A stretch of DNA of 64,000 nt. Source: Stegostoma tigrinum. Its lineage: Eukaryota. The notes beneath the pieces were generated by a model, which saw nothing but the letters and a program-made list of their open reading frames with translations, was not told the DNA's origin and ran no database searches. The stretch spans positions 31,850,792-31,914,791 of the forward strand of contig NC_081367.1 of assembly GCF_030684315.1 (NCBI RefSeq). Direction: 5' to 3'. This document shows, piece after piece, positions 25,943 to 39,048 of the stretch; the stretch's first letter is position 1; each line of letters opens with the position of its first letter. A program made the position numbers and the translations under genes.

Positions 25943-26934
25943 TGTTGCGAAGTTGCAAAGTATTTATAGATTGGAAGGCAGGAAGTTATAATTTGTTGGT
26001 AAAAATGACAGTAGGGAAAAGCAGTGTTGGGGTCCCTTCAACTGATTTGTGTTTTGTCTGTGCATAGAAATTTTTAAAATGTAGGCATATGAGTAACTGG
26101 AGGGTGCAATAACAGAAAGTACTTCAAATAAAAACATTTGTAGCAAAAGGGCCTTGCGGGTGAAAGGCAAAGCCTCAGAATTGTTTGACATTTTGATGAC
26201 AAGTTCAAATTGAGTCAATCAACAAAGCCCTTAGAAACTAAAAATCTATCAAATTTAAACCTGATTGCATTGACAGCCTGAACCCAATAACATTGTGAGA
26301 ATTTGTTGCATCATCGGTGATATTTAAGAAAGTGTTTTTGAAAATTTGCAGAGAGAGTCAACTTTCATAAGACAATACCCTTTAGTTTCAGAGAAAGCCC
26401 ATCTGATTATAGTGTACCATGGTAGTTTAGCTAAAGGCCCTCACAGAAGCAATCATAGAAAGTCATCTGTAAAGGAAGGTCATCCTGAGAAAGGCTGGAA
26501 AAAGCAGGAGGTGCCAAACGACAGTCTCTGTGATTTTGGAGTGATTAAATTTTAATTTATTTTGTTCTTATCAATTGGATTTATTAAGCGTAACTTGTTC
26601 ATTTGAACAGTATTCCAGCAGAATTTGGTTTAATTAGGGAGTAGTTAGTATAAGGCGGGGGGGGGGGGGGGCGCAATTATTCAGTTTGTTAGTATGTCTT
26701 TTAATTTGTTCACTGTTAAGTTTAAATACATAAATTGTTACACATAATTTAAAAAATGGATCAGGGATTTCCTTTCCTTTAACCATTAATTTAACATATT
26801 ACAAGGGGAAAGGCGAGCTTCTTTGAATGTTTTGAGGGTACCTGTTAGAAGGGAACCTCCACTCCTGTAATAACAGATTGGGGTTTGTGTAGGTTTAAAT
26901 ATCAGAGGAGTTCGGGCATTCCCCCTCCTTAACA
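25943..26934. mobile_element. Putative solo LTR (about 990 bp)
   Basis: TGTT...AACA termini; flanked by TTTA/TTTG (4-bp TSD with 1 mismatch); cleanly interrupts the CR1 SKAF|DxVP motif; non-coding. Confidence 0.72.
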
Positions 26935-27192
26935 TTTGACAATGTTCCAATGCAACGAGAACTAGCCAGTTGGACACAAAATTGGCTCGAAGGTAGGAGA
27001 CAGAGGGTGGTAGTGAAGGGATGCTTTTCAGACCAGAAGCCTGTGACCAGTGGAGTGCCGCTGAGATCAATGCTGGGGCCATTGCTTTTTGTCATCTATA
27101 TAAATGATTTGGATGTGAATACAGGAGGTGTGGTTAGTAAATTTGCAGATGACACTAAAATTGATGGTGTCCTGGACAGTGAAGAAGGTTAC

Positions 27193-29474
27193 ATAGAACA
27201 TAGAACATTACAGCACAGTACAGGCCCTTCGGCCCGCGATGTTGTGCCGACCTGTCATACCAATCTGAAGCCCATCTAACCTACACTATTCCATGTACGT
27301 CCATATGCTTGTCCAATGACGACTTAAATATACTTAAAGTTGGCGAATCTACTATCGTTGCTGGCAAAGCGTTCCATTCCCTGACTACTCCCTGAGTAAA
27401 GAAACTACCTCTGACATCTGTCCGATACCTCTCAGCCCTCAATTTAAAGCTATGCCCCCTCGTGCTCGCCGTCACCATCCTAGGAAAAAGGCTCTCCCTA
27501 TCCACCCTATCTAACCCTCTGATTATTTTATATGTCTCAATTAAGTCACCTCTCAACCTTCTTCTCTCTAACGAAAACAGCCTCAAGCCCCTCAGCCTTT
27601 CCTCGTAAGACCTTCCCTCCATACCAGGCAACATCCTAGTAAATCTCCTCTGCACCCTTTCCAAAGCTTCCACATCCTTCTTATAATGCGGTGACCAGAA
27701 CTGTACGCAGTACTCCAAGTGCAGCCGCACCAGAGTTTTGTACAGCTGCAGCATAACCTCTTGGTTCCGGAACTCGATCCCTCTATTAATAAAAGCTAAA
27801 ACACTGTATGCCTTCTTAACAGCCCTGTCAACCAGGGTGGTAACTTGCAAGGATCTGTGTACATGGACACCGAGATCTCTCTGCTCATCTACACTACCAA
27901 GAATCTTTCCATTAGCCCAGTACTTTGCCTTCCGGTTACTCCTACCAAAGTGTATCACCTCACACTGGTCCGCATTAAACTCCATTTGCCACCTCTCAGC
28001 CCAGCTCTGCCGCTTTTCTATGTCTCTCTGTAACCTACAGCATCCTTCATCACTATCCACAACTCCACCAACCTTAGTGTCGTCTGCAAATTTATTAACC
28101 CATCCTTCTACGCCCTCATCCAGGTCATTTATAAAAATGACAAACAGCAGTGGACCCAACACCGAACCTTGCAGTACACCACTAGTAACTGGTCTCCAGG
28201 ATGAACATTTCCCATCAACTACCACCCTCTGTCTTCTTTCAGCAAGCCAATTTCTGATCCAAACTGCTATATCTCCCACAATCCCATTCCTCCGCATTTT
28301 GTACAATAGTCTACTGTGGGGAACCTTATCGAACGCCTTGCTGAAATCCATATACACCACATCAACCGGTTTACTCTAATCTACCTGTTTGCTCACCTTC
28401 TCAAAGAACTCAATGAGGTTTGTGAGGCACGACCTACCCTTCACAAAACCATGCTGACTATCCCTAATCAAATTATTCTTTTCTAGATGATTATAAATCC
28501 TATCTCTTATGAGCCTTTTCCAGCACTTTACCAACAATTGAGGTAAGACTCACTGGTCTGTAATTACCAGGGTAGTCTCTACTCCCCATCTTGGACAGGG
28601 GAACCACATTTGCTATCCTCCAGTCGTCTGGCCCTATTCCTGTAGACAATGACGAGTTAAAGATCAATGCCAAAGGCTCGGCAATCTCCTCCCTGGCTTC
28701 CCAGAGGATCCTAGGATAAATCCCATCCGTCCCAGGGGACTTAGCTATCTTCACACTCTGTAGGATTTCTAATACCTCTTCCTTGTGAACCTCAATCCCA
28801 CCCAGTCTAGTAGCCTGTATCTCAGTATTCTCCTTGACAACATTGTCGTTTTCTAGAGTGAATACTGTCGAAAAATATTCATTTAGTGCTTCCCCTATCT
28901 CCTCTGACTCCGCACACAGTTTCCCACTACTATCCTTGATTGGCCCTAATCTTACTCTCATCATTCTTTTATTCCTTAAATACCTATAGAAAACCTTAGT
29001 GTTTACCCTGATCCTATCCACCAACAAATTCACGTGTCTCCTCCTGGCTCTTCTGAGCTCTCTCTTTAGGTCTTTACTGGCTACCTTGTAACCCTCCAGT
29101 GCCCTAGCCGAGCCTTCACATCTCATCCTAACATAAGCCTTCTTTTTCCTCTTGACCAGAGGTTTCACTTCTTTCATAAGCCATGGCTCCCGCACTCTAC
29201 AGCTTCCTCCCTGCCTGACAGGTACATACTTATCTAGGACACATAGGAGCTTTTCCTTGAATAAGCTCCACATTTCTAATGTGCCCATCCCCTGCAGTTT
29301 CCTTCCCCATCCTATGCTCCATAAATCTTGTCTAATCTCATCGTAATTGCCTTTTCCCCAGCTATAACTCTTGCCCAGTGGTATACACTTATCACTTTCC
29401 ATCACTAAAGTAAACATAACAGAATTGTGATCACAATCACCAAAATAACAGAATTGTGATCGCTATCACCAAAA
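27193..29474 (-). mobile_element. Young 5'-truncated CR1/HER1-like LINE (reverse transcriptase)
   Basis: ORFs 28500..29417 (KSPGTDGIYPRIL, NYRPVSLTS) and 27281..28360 (YMDFSKAFDKV, QGSVLGPLLF, KFADDTK); one frameshift and one stop lie between them; (TTCTATG)n 3' tail at about 27193-27208. Confidence 0.96.
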
Positions 29475-29991
29475 TTACCTCAGAATACAACCTTTATCAG
29501 ATCACCCGTTCGGCTGAGGAGTGACAGATGGAGTTTAATCTAGATAAATGTGAAGTGCTGCATTTTGGTAAGGCAAATCAGGGCCCGGTTCATTACTAAA
29601 TGGTAAAATCCTGGGGAGTGTTGCTGAACAAATAGACCTTGGAGTGCAAGTTCATAGTTCCTGGAAAGTGAAGTCCCAAGTAGGCGTTACAGTGAGGAAG
29701 GTGTTTGATACACTTGCCTTTATTGGTCAGTGCATTGAGTATAGGAATTGGGATCTCATGGTGTGGCTGTACAGGACATTGGTTAGGCCAGGACTGGAAT
29801 AATGTGTGCAATTCTGTTCTCCTGGTAGTGAAGCTCGAAGGGGTTCAGAAAAGATTGACGAGGATATTACCAGGGTCGGAGGGTTTGAGCAATAGGAAGA
29901 GGCTGAATAGGCTTGGGCTATTTTCTCTGGTGTGTTGGAGGCTGAGGGATGGCCTTATAGAGGTTTATAAAATCTTGAGGGGCATGGATAG

Positions 29992-30120
29992 GGTGAATAG
30001 CCAAGGTTTTTTCGCCAGGTAAGAGACTCCAAAACTAGAGGGCACAGGTTTAAGGTGAATAGCCAAGGTTTTTTCACCAGGTAAGAGACTCCAAAACTAG
30101 AGGGCACAGGTTTAAGGTGA
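29992..30120 (+). repeat. 62-bp tandem duplication inside CR1
   Basis: Two units with 1 mismatch, bounded by GGTGA microhomology. Confidence 0.9.
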
Positions 30121-30844
30121 GAGGGTAAAGATTTAAAATTTTGCTACAATACACATTGTCTCTTCATCCAAGTTATCAATATGGAACTAAGTAGTTGTGG
30201 CTCTAGCACTGATCTCAATGATGACCTATCAGATACAGATTGTTGACCATGTACCCATGCACCTCCAGAAATAATCTAGAAGCATGATTTATCTTTGTGT
30301 GTTATATGTATATACAATGGAAATAACAAGATTATTGAGACAGTTAGTATCCTCCCTGTCACAGGAAGGATTAAATCAGAGCTGGGAAAGGTGCAATAAT
30401 TTCAATTTCAACAAAGTGAGTGTACAGCAAGTAGAAGACCGTGTAAAATAATCAGTTAGGATCATCAAAATAGGGGACAGAAGAATTTGCAATGAAAGGA
30501 AGATAGGAGATATAAGGTAAACAAAATATTTTCCAGCTTGTGGCATGTATCAGAGTGCCACTTTCATAACCAAGTGATAAACGAGTAAAGCAGGTTGCTG
30601 TATTGCTGTAAAACCTTCCTGCTTTTTATGTGTACTGAAATCACTGGAAATCAAAATGGGTATGTTCTGCAATGACTAAATGGCATTTAGCTCAAGTTTT
30701 AAAGGAAAAAATTAATACTTGTTCTGCCAGCATCTGAAACATTTTTCATAATTTGTTTCACCACATCAGATGACTTTTCAGAAAGTGCAGTGTTGTGCTC
30801 AAACATAAGAAAAAGACAGAAAGAATTCTGTCCTGTTTAGGTAT

Positions 30845-31060
30845 ATTTAGGCAGGTTCTTTACGCAGAGAGTTGCGAGAGCATGGAATGCGTTGCCAGCA
30901 GCAGTAGTGGAAGCAAGGTCATTGGGGTCATTTAAGAGACTGCTGGACATGTATATGGTCACAGAAATTTGAGGGTGCATACATGAGGATCAATGGTCGG
31001 CACAACATTGTGGGCTGAAGGGCCTGTTCTGTGCTGTACTGTTCTATGTTCTATGTTCTA
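30845..31060 (+). mobile_element. CR1 3'-end fragment with (TTCTATG)n tail
   Basis: FFTQRVARAWNALP; tail TGTTCTATGTTCTATGTTCTA. Confidence 0.85.
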
Positions 31061-33852
31061 AATACCATGGTTCCAAATACTTCCCACCTACTAGCATCTT
31101 CCTCCTGGAAGAAACTAGAAATTGATTTAAAAGCTCATGGGCAACTAGGAAAAGTTCAATTTTGCAGTGTGACTTCATTCTACAGGACAGAAATAACACC
31201 CCAGAAATAATTGTGAAGCAGAATGTAAAAGGAACTTAAGGAGAATAGAACAATTACAAACACCAGAGAAAGAGTACTGAGGAAAATTTAGAAGTAAAAT
31301 CCAACAATCCCCTTGGTCTTAATGGACTTTATCTTTGGAAGCTAAAAACAAAATAGCTGTTGAGATATTGGTTTTATTTTTCCAAATTTCTATAGATTCT
31401 GTAAAGGCCCCATCAAGCTGAAAAATAGAGATGGCTATTTCTCTATTTGATATAAGAAGGAGACGGAGATCAAGAAGCTGCAACCCAATTAGCATAATAT
31501 CTGGCGTAGAGAAAATGCTTGAATATTTTAAGGAGATTATTTCATGACAGTGAAAAAGTCTTAAGGCAATCAGGCAGAGTCAACTTGATTTTGTGAAAAG
31601 GAAACCATGATTCACTAATTTACAAGAGTTGTTTGAAGAAGTGTCAAGCAACGGTTTAATCCTTGAGATTCTAATCTCAGTGTAATGCAGATATTTTGAA
31701 GTATATCATCATTACCATTTCAGTTACAATCTTAAGACAATTTTCTCTCCGAAAAATTATACCTATGAGAAACTTTGAGTTAAAGCACTACGCCATTTTA
31801 ATTTAATTGTGAATATTTTTTTTTGAAATCTTTTAATTCTTTAGATTTTCATACCAAATTACAAAGGTTCCATGACTAGTTGATTAATGTTCAAATGCAA
31901 TACAATGTAAATCTCTAAATTTGTTTGCCATTCTTTTCTAAGCTACCATCTAATAAATTCAAGTTCAGAACTTGGCATGAGTTGGAAGGAAATAACATCA
32001 AAGGTGCTCAACTTCATTGTCCAAGAATCAGAACAGGTAATACCATTGTAAAAAATCAAGTCCTAAAGATAATAAAAAGAACAAATTGTATTACATTAGT
32101 CAGGTTTCAAGAGGCACAAGAGTTTCTGCGGGTTTGGCCATATAAAATCCATAAATTACTTTAATAAAATACATAGATTGACAATGGGCTTGCATTGGGC
32201 TATGTAGCAGCCATTTTTATGGCACTATGCAGCTTCCTAACAGCCCAAATGGTGACTAGGAAGTGTGAGCACAAACTGGAAGTGATTTGCTCACCACGTC
32301 TGAATCAGGCATTTACTCCAATGTTCGTTTGGCTCAGGAAAAAAACTAGTCCTAAGCTGATCTTTAATAAAATGTAAAAACTTATTACAACTGACTTCAC
32401 AATCACCACTGAATCCTTCTCAGAATCCTTCCAGCTTGGGCCAACGATCTAGGCCCCCTAGTCCTCTCTGACACGTCAAACAGAAATTACATGCACTGAT
32501 CCAAATCCAATTCCTTGTTTATTCCTTTCAGGCTCTGATCTGTCCTATTGGACACCAGTGTCAATGATAACTTTCTATTTCCCACGCCCCCCCCCCTCCC
32601 CACTCTAGCAGCAACCCAAATTGGAACATCTCCTTCCGGCTTAACATCACCTATAATATGATGAAGTTCTAAGTCCGACATCTTCAAATCTCACCATTTC
32701 TGTCTGCAGAAAAAAAACAATGTGCCTGAGATATGTTCAAATATGCATGCTCCAAATTGAACCCCCAACAACTTTAGTTAATTACATGATTATCAAATTA
32801 CAATAGGTTGAGCACATCCTGAAAAGTTTTTGCACATTTTTGGTCACTGTATAAGATCATGGCATATTTTAGATCTGATGACGATACTTTGCTTGACTGG
32901 AAATAATAACTCCTGCATTAAAATATGCAATGTGAGAATCTGATGTTCAGTGGTGACACAAAATAGGTGATAGGGGAGTGACAGCCTGGTTTACAATTCA
33001 TCAGATTTCCTTTCAATTAAAGTGAATATGTGGAAAAGATAATCAATGAGATATGAAATGGACCACAAAATGATTGTTCATTTTGCATGGATAACAAAGA
33101 CCAATTTCACTTCTAAACATTCTTCATGATTCATTGTTCAGGAAATTTAAGCACACGTGCAAAAACGTAGATCATAACCAGAGTGTGACAAGAAGGCTCA
33201 GAGCATACAAATGTGAGAGAACTCCAGCAGATGAGATCAGAGGAGGAACAACAGTAAAAAGAGAAGAATTAAAAGCTCTTTATGAATATTGCATTATTTC
33301 AAATAACAAGATGGGAGAATTAATAGTGCAAATATAAATAAATGTGTATGATATAATGGCTGTTACAGAGATGTGGTTAATGGTTGGAATCTGAATATTT
33401 AAGGATATTTGATATTTCAGAGGAGCATGAAATAAAGGAAGGAAGATCAATATTGTTGAGATAGAATGTTAGTTAAGAAAAGTTTTGAGTGAGATATGAA
33501 GAGAATACACAAAGATAAGTGGATTAATAGAGGAGGAAAAAAATTGTCAAATTGGGTATAATGTCTAAAAATGTGAGGTTGGTTATTCTGCTATGAAGAA
33601 TACAAAAGGAGAATATTATTCAACTGGTGATGACTGGGATCTTTTGAGGATCCCAAGTCATTGTACTTATCCTAAGATATGTCAGTCCACAATTCCCCTA
33701 TAAATTACTGAAATGAATAATTTTGGAAAATACAACAAAACTTTACCAATTATAAAGAAAAATATAGTGAATAAACATAGGACAATTTAAAGGCTAGCCT
33801 ATAAAAATAATTAACAAAACATGTCAATTCAATGAAATTTGTGTGTTGAAAG

Positions 33853-33968
33853 GCCCTCCACAACAGCATCTGTCTTTGCAAGACAGAAGAACTTCACCTG
33901 AGAGGAAGGAAAGCCAAAGCCAAGACACACAGGATCAAAGATTGCTGGAAAACTGGGAGAACTGCCTA
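33853..33968 (+). CDS. Uncharacterised LRR protein, candidate upstream exon (PPQQHLSLQDRRTSPERKESQSQDTQDQRLLENWENCL)
   Basis: Open frame ending CTA|gtaaga in phase 0, joining in frame to the exon at 36120; the acceptor (gttgaaag) is weak; start-codon exon not identified. Confidence 0.55.
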
Positions 33969-35734
33969 GTAAGACCAAGATTTTTTTTGTTTATGGAAAA
34001 GCATCAGAAACTTTGGAGGGTCCCAATTAACTTAAGTAAAACAAGTACTAAAGAAAAGACAGACCAAAAAAAAATGTTCTAACTGCTGAATAACTGTTCA
34101 ACAGGTTCCATATTTACCTCACACAATTCCAATTGCATCTAGCTCCCAGACCACCTGCCTCCCCCAGAACCTGACCTGACATCACAGCACCCAACCCCCT
34201 TTGTATCTTTGTTGGGCCAGACCGGTCTTAACCAGATCACCCCTGCCACCAGTCCTGGCTCATCCTGACCTGATTTTCTGCTGCCAGATATGACCTGATT
34301 CTCCCCGCTCTGCTAATTCCTGGCCTGACCCCCAGATGACCCAACCTGAATGCCCTTTCTCCCTAGTCCAAACATACTCTCAACATCATTACAGGTAAAA
34401 CAAGAGCTTTACCATTATTACACAATGGTTATGAAACTGAATTAGAATGTGAGAGATAGTAACTTTCAAAACACCAGCACAGGGATAGTGGTCCAAATGG
34501 TCTTCCATGTTGTATAATTATTTGAGATACAAGAGTTTCTGCTTATATATTGTTTGATTCTGGTTAGTTCCAAACAAAAGCCAAACTGGTACCTACAAAT
34601 TTTGAAAATACAATAGCAATAGTACAACACTTTCAGTCACTTTCATTCACTTTCTGAGATAATTGCTATGGCCCAGATTTTTGCCATGTCAGAGTGAACA
34701 ATTTAGATTAGGTAACAGCAGGTCAGAACCTTGTGGATTTATTGGATAGTGCTGGTACCATGGCGGAGAGGTATTAAAACCCTTTGATCTGGTGTAAGAC
34801 AGTCAAATAGCTGTCAATGCTATGTAAGAATAGTCAACCTGTCAAATGGACCTGTCAACACTGCCACATTGAAAACAAAGCCGACTGAGTTTTTAAAAAA
34901 ATACTTTCTAGTTCAATCTGTCTGTTGGCTTTGGTTTGAGGATTTTCACTATTGGATTACTGCAGTATGACTGATTTCACAAGGACCCATTGTTGTAGTG
35001 AGGTACCTTCCATTTTAGTTTCAGTTTCAAACTTATTGACAGCTACAAATAATTTTGGAATCTTTGATGTGGCGCTTTGAATTACAATGTTTATTACACT
35101 TGAATGAAATGTATGCTGCGTACGGCTTATTCAGATGAAAGGACGTTAAGTGCCATATATGTGTTTTAAGAATGAGAATGTGTTTTTAATTTAGCGAAAT
35201 CAAAAATGCATTGGGAACGTTATTCAATAGAAATTTATGCCATTACATCTTTGTATGGGTCCTGAGGTCTCTCCTGGTGGATACTAGGCGAATGTACATC
35301 CTAGGTAAAGGGCAAAGGGTGGTTGGTGGTGAAAATGAATTAGCACTAAGTTGGCATAGGAATTATAAAGGGTCATGGGTAAAGAATAAAGGCTGCCATG
35401 ATGGGTAGTAGGCTTATGGGGTAAGGGAAAACGGTAAATGTTGGCTTGAAGGGTGTGAGGGCGTACAGAGTCTGGATAGTGAGTATGGGTTTATATAAGT
35501 TGACATGGGGAAATTTGGCATATATGTTGGGGGAAGGAGGTTGTTAATGGTGTGACCAAAGGGCTATCTTTGGTTTTATTCCTTTACATTAATACTTCAT
35601 ACAGTTCCAATGTACAGAGACAGACAGACACATCCATTCCTGGCAGCTTTTTACTCCCTTCTGGGGTCATCTGACCCAACTCCCTGGGAATCCTGCTACC
35701 TTGGAATGCGAATCCCAAAGTTCCAGGCCTCTAT

Positions 35735-35845
35735 TTCTCCGGTTCTGAGGGAGCGTCAGCAGACCCGAAACGTTAACTCTGTTTTCTCCTCCAAAGGTGC
35801 TGCCAAAATTGCTGAGCTTTTCCAGCAATTTTGTTTTTGTTCCTC
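35735..35845 (+). mobile_element. Fragment of a second Penelope-like family with a degenerate hammerhead
   Basis: GGTT-CTGAGGGAGCGTCAGCAGACCC-GAAACGTT-AACT followed by a GCTGCC...TGCTGAG...TCCAGCA 3' segment. Confidence 0.6.
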
Positions 35846-36119
35846 TTTTTTCTCTGGGCTAGACTTTTGGAGCTGGGAAATTACCTGTCTAACCATTCCT
35901 TATCTAGGAGACGAAAATCCAGGCCTGTGTTTTGCTGTACTGAATGTTAATAATTCTAGGGCCCTATCTCATGTGAGCTTATTCCATATTGACCAGGATC
36001 ACTTTATAACCTTATGAATTATAAGTAAAAATTAAGAGTGTTCCAAGTTCTTTTAGCTTGTGATAAACATGTGCACCTTTTGCCAAAAATGTACAAGAAT
36101 GTTCATTTTCAATGTGCAG

Positions 36120-36262
36120 GAAGTAAACCTATCATACCAAGGTCTTGGTGATTCCTATCAGTTGAAAAATTTTTATAAGATTCTTCACAGATTGATTCGA
36201 GTGGAAAAGCTGCAGCTGATGGACAATTTTCTGATAGACCTTAGTTCTGTCAGGTTGCCAAG
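36120..36262 (+). CDS. Uncharacterised LRR protein exon, [47 protein letters not shown]
   Basis: gtgcag / gtaggg splice sites; phase 0-2; LxxLxLxxNxL-type repeat ([11 protein letters not shown]). Confidence 0.85.
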
Positions 36263-37257
36263 GTAGGGAATACTTTATTTAATTACTAACCCATAGCTGG
36301 TCCATTTATTCAGGTTTAAACATCTCCTCTTTCATAGCTCCAGTACTTATGTGGAAATATCTGAGGATTTTTGTTACCTGTTCTACGTGTTGCTATTATA
36401 TGAATTTTTTTTTCTGTTTCTGGCTCCCTTTTTATTTTGCCCTGCTGTTAACCTTTAGTCATTTTATGTATGGGGCAGAAAGGTCAAAGAAGTCCTGAGG
36501 GTGTCTGCTTCTTGACTTGATGAAATCCACCATCTCCGTTTCCAAATGCATGGAATCACATGCTAGATATCTCCAATTGCACACTATTGATGCAATACTT
36601 AGTGCTTCCCTGGGTGAACATGCAGCACGATTGTGTTCTGTCCACTGACAATTCCATGATTGTTTGGAACTGCCTAGTTAGCAGTGATAACCAAAATGCA
36701 ATTTTACATAACATACTTACACTTTTAGATATTTATCAGTGGTGATTTACTTCTGGTGAGGGATGGTTACATTTATCCTGGGCTTGGCCTGGATAAATTT
36801 GTACAGGCCTCTGATTTAAATTACTTCAATCACTAGCTTTGCCTTTAAGACATTTTGAATATTACTGGCATCTCAACAGTCATCCTCAATCCTGTAGAAA
36901 TTGCATGCATTGTTAACCACAGGAGCTTCTATCAGAATTATTTCAAATATCTTCCAATTGCTTTGTCTACGTTCGGGATAAACCTTCTTCACAAACCTCT
37001 TTGTTTCACTTCTGTGTCATGTGCTAATGTTCTTTACTGAAAAGCTATCCATTCTGGTTTCAGTTAAAAAAGAGCAAACGATTTAATTGCCCTAACCTTA
37101 GTGCCTTGAACTTACAATTTTTCTATTTCTGCATTTACCTCAATCTTTTGTCATTGAGAAATTTAAGCTACTATTGCCTTGATTACTCAAATTTACAGAC
37201 AGTTTGGCAGTCTTTCAGATTCAAACTGAAAATGATATGTTTATTCTGTTTCTGCAG

Positions 37258-37455
37258 ATGTAAAGAACTTAATCTCAATAAGAATCATTTAACGTCTTTT
37301 GAACAACTGCCGAAAATTCCCCAAATTCAACATTTATCAGTAACTGAAAACAACATAGTGACATTAAGAGGACTCAGCAAACTAAGAGAAACACCAATAG
37401 AATCACTAACTTTGAAAAGGAACCCTTGTCAATTTCAGGATAAGTACAGACCCAA
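37258..37455 (+). CDS. Uncharacterised LRR protein exon with three LRRs, [65 protein letters not shown]
   Basis: tttctgcag acceptor, gtacat donor; phase 2-2; SDS22-like LRRs followed by NPC...YR, the start of an LRRcap. Confidence 0.88.
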
Positions 37456-38696
37456 GTACATGCAATTTAATTTTTCTTCAAAAATCTTAATTCTAAATAT
37501 TCAATCACTCTTTGTTTAAATGTGAGGGTCATTTTTAAATTATGATTGTGCAGAAACCTCTAACACAATAATTGTCAAAGTTTGGGGAAATATTACAAAT
37601 TATTGCCAATAATTGTCTTCCAAATCTACACATCACATGAAGCAAGTTAAAAAGAAAGCAGAAAACGTGTTGAATTTGAAGTGTTCAGAAACACCATGTA
37701 GAATTTTGGTTCATGATTATAATGCAGTTTCTTTTGTTTTAGAAGCTATTTAAGACAACATGCGCTCTCAGATCATGCTGTTCAACTGCATCTCCATGTA
37801 TCAATATGTCATCCATATGACGTATGGCACCATAAAGATCTTTAAAAAATATTTTACAAAGTCTATTGATAAATCTCTGAAATAAGACAATCTTGAATGG
37901 TAATCTGTTCAACTAAGTTTCCCAAATGGAGTTAAGAATACAGTAAGCAATCTCGATTGCTCATCCAGTGGCATCTGTGGAATCCACGATTTGCATGTCG
38001 TTTTGTGAAAATTCAGGGTTTGGATAGTTTAAGTAAATTGTTTTCAACCATATACATAGGATGGATTCTCTCATCATCATCTTGTTGAGCTGTGTAAAGT
38101 CAACAAAAATTCCAATAGCGCAATTAATCTTAGAAACAGTAATAATGCTCAGCTACCGTTAGTTTGGATTTGTGACTAGGGAAATGATGCCTATCCTTGT
38201 TATTTCTGGAAGTTGTTTCTGAACTTGCTTTGTTAAGACAGGTAGAATCTTCCTGGGTATGCTGTTATATAAGGATTTAGAGCCTTTCTTCAGAGTAGTG
38301 CTGCGTTCAGTATGCAGGTTTCATTACATTTTAAATAAACTCTTAAACAACTTTTACTGTTTGACCTCTTCCACAATTTGATTAAGATTGAAGTTAAGGC
38401 ATGTATTCCGACTCCGGAATGAGAATTCTTGATTGAGAACTAAGTGTAGGTTTTCTACAATTTAGTATCCCCTATATGAGAAAGTTTTTTGTAGCATACC
38501 ATTCACCTTGAGAGTTATACCTTCTAGACCACATGGTTGCAATGCTATTAGCTGTACAATGTTTCTTTAACCTAAATGATAATATTGTGACATTTGACCC
38601 ATTGTCTAACATAAAAATTATGTGATGACCATTGACATGAATGTCAGCTTACCTAAACGTGAAGTCTGGAACACCTATTTTTCCCAGGAACATTTT

Positions 38697-39048
38697 GTGG
38701 GGTGGCACAATTGTTCAGTGATTAGCACCGCTGCCTCACAGCAGCGGGGTTCGATTCCACACTTGGGCGACTGTCTGTGTGGAATTTGCACATTCTCTCT
38801 GTGTCTGCATTGGTTCCCTTTAGGTGCTCTAGTTTCCTCCAACAGTCCGTAGATGTACAGGCTAAGTGGATAGGCCATGTTAATTTCTCCATTGTGTTCA
38901 GGGATGTGCAGGCCAGATGGATTACCCATGGGAATGCAGGGTTACAGGGTTGGGAGTGGTTGGGGAATCTGAGTGGGATGGTCTTTGGAGTGCTGATGTG
39001 GACTTAATGGGTCAAATGGCATACTTCCATAATGTAGAGATTCTATGG
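38697..39048 (+). mobile_element. HE1-like SINE in the LRR-gene intron
   Basis: A/B boxes (GGGGTTCGATTCC) and the conserved core. Confidence 0.85.

Larger units (their letters stand above)
25630..30138 (+). mobile_element. Older CR1 LINE split into three pieces (25630-25942, 26935-27192, 29475-30138) by later insertions
   Basis: Collinear RT peptides VPLFKKGGKEKPGNYR..., SGVPLRSMLGPLLF..KFADDTK, ...RLGLFSL resume across both inserts. Confidence 0.9.

Noticed and set aside
27738-28379. 213-aa + strand ORF (likewise 60322..60726, 47909..48418, 47949..48317)
   Set aside because: Antisense or alternative-frame shadows of retroelement ORFs.
33134-33420. ORF just upstream of the LRR exons
   Set aside because: ELKALY...NKMGELIVQI resembles the N-terminus of a decayed CR1 endonuclease.
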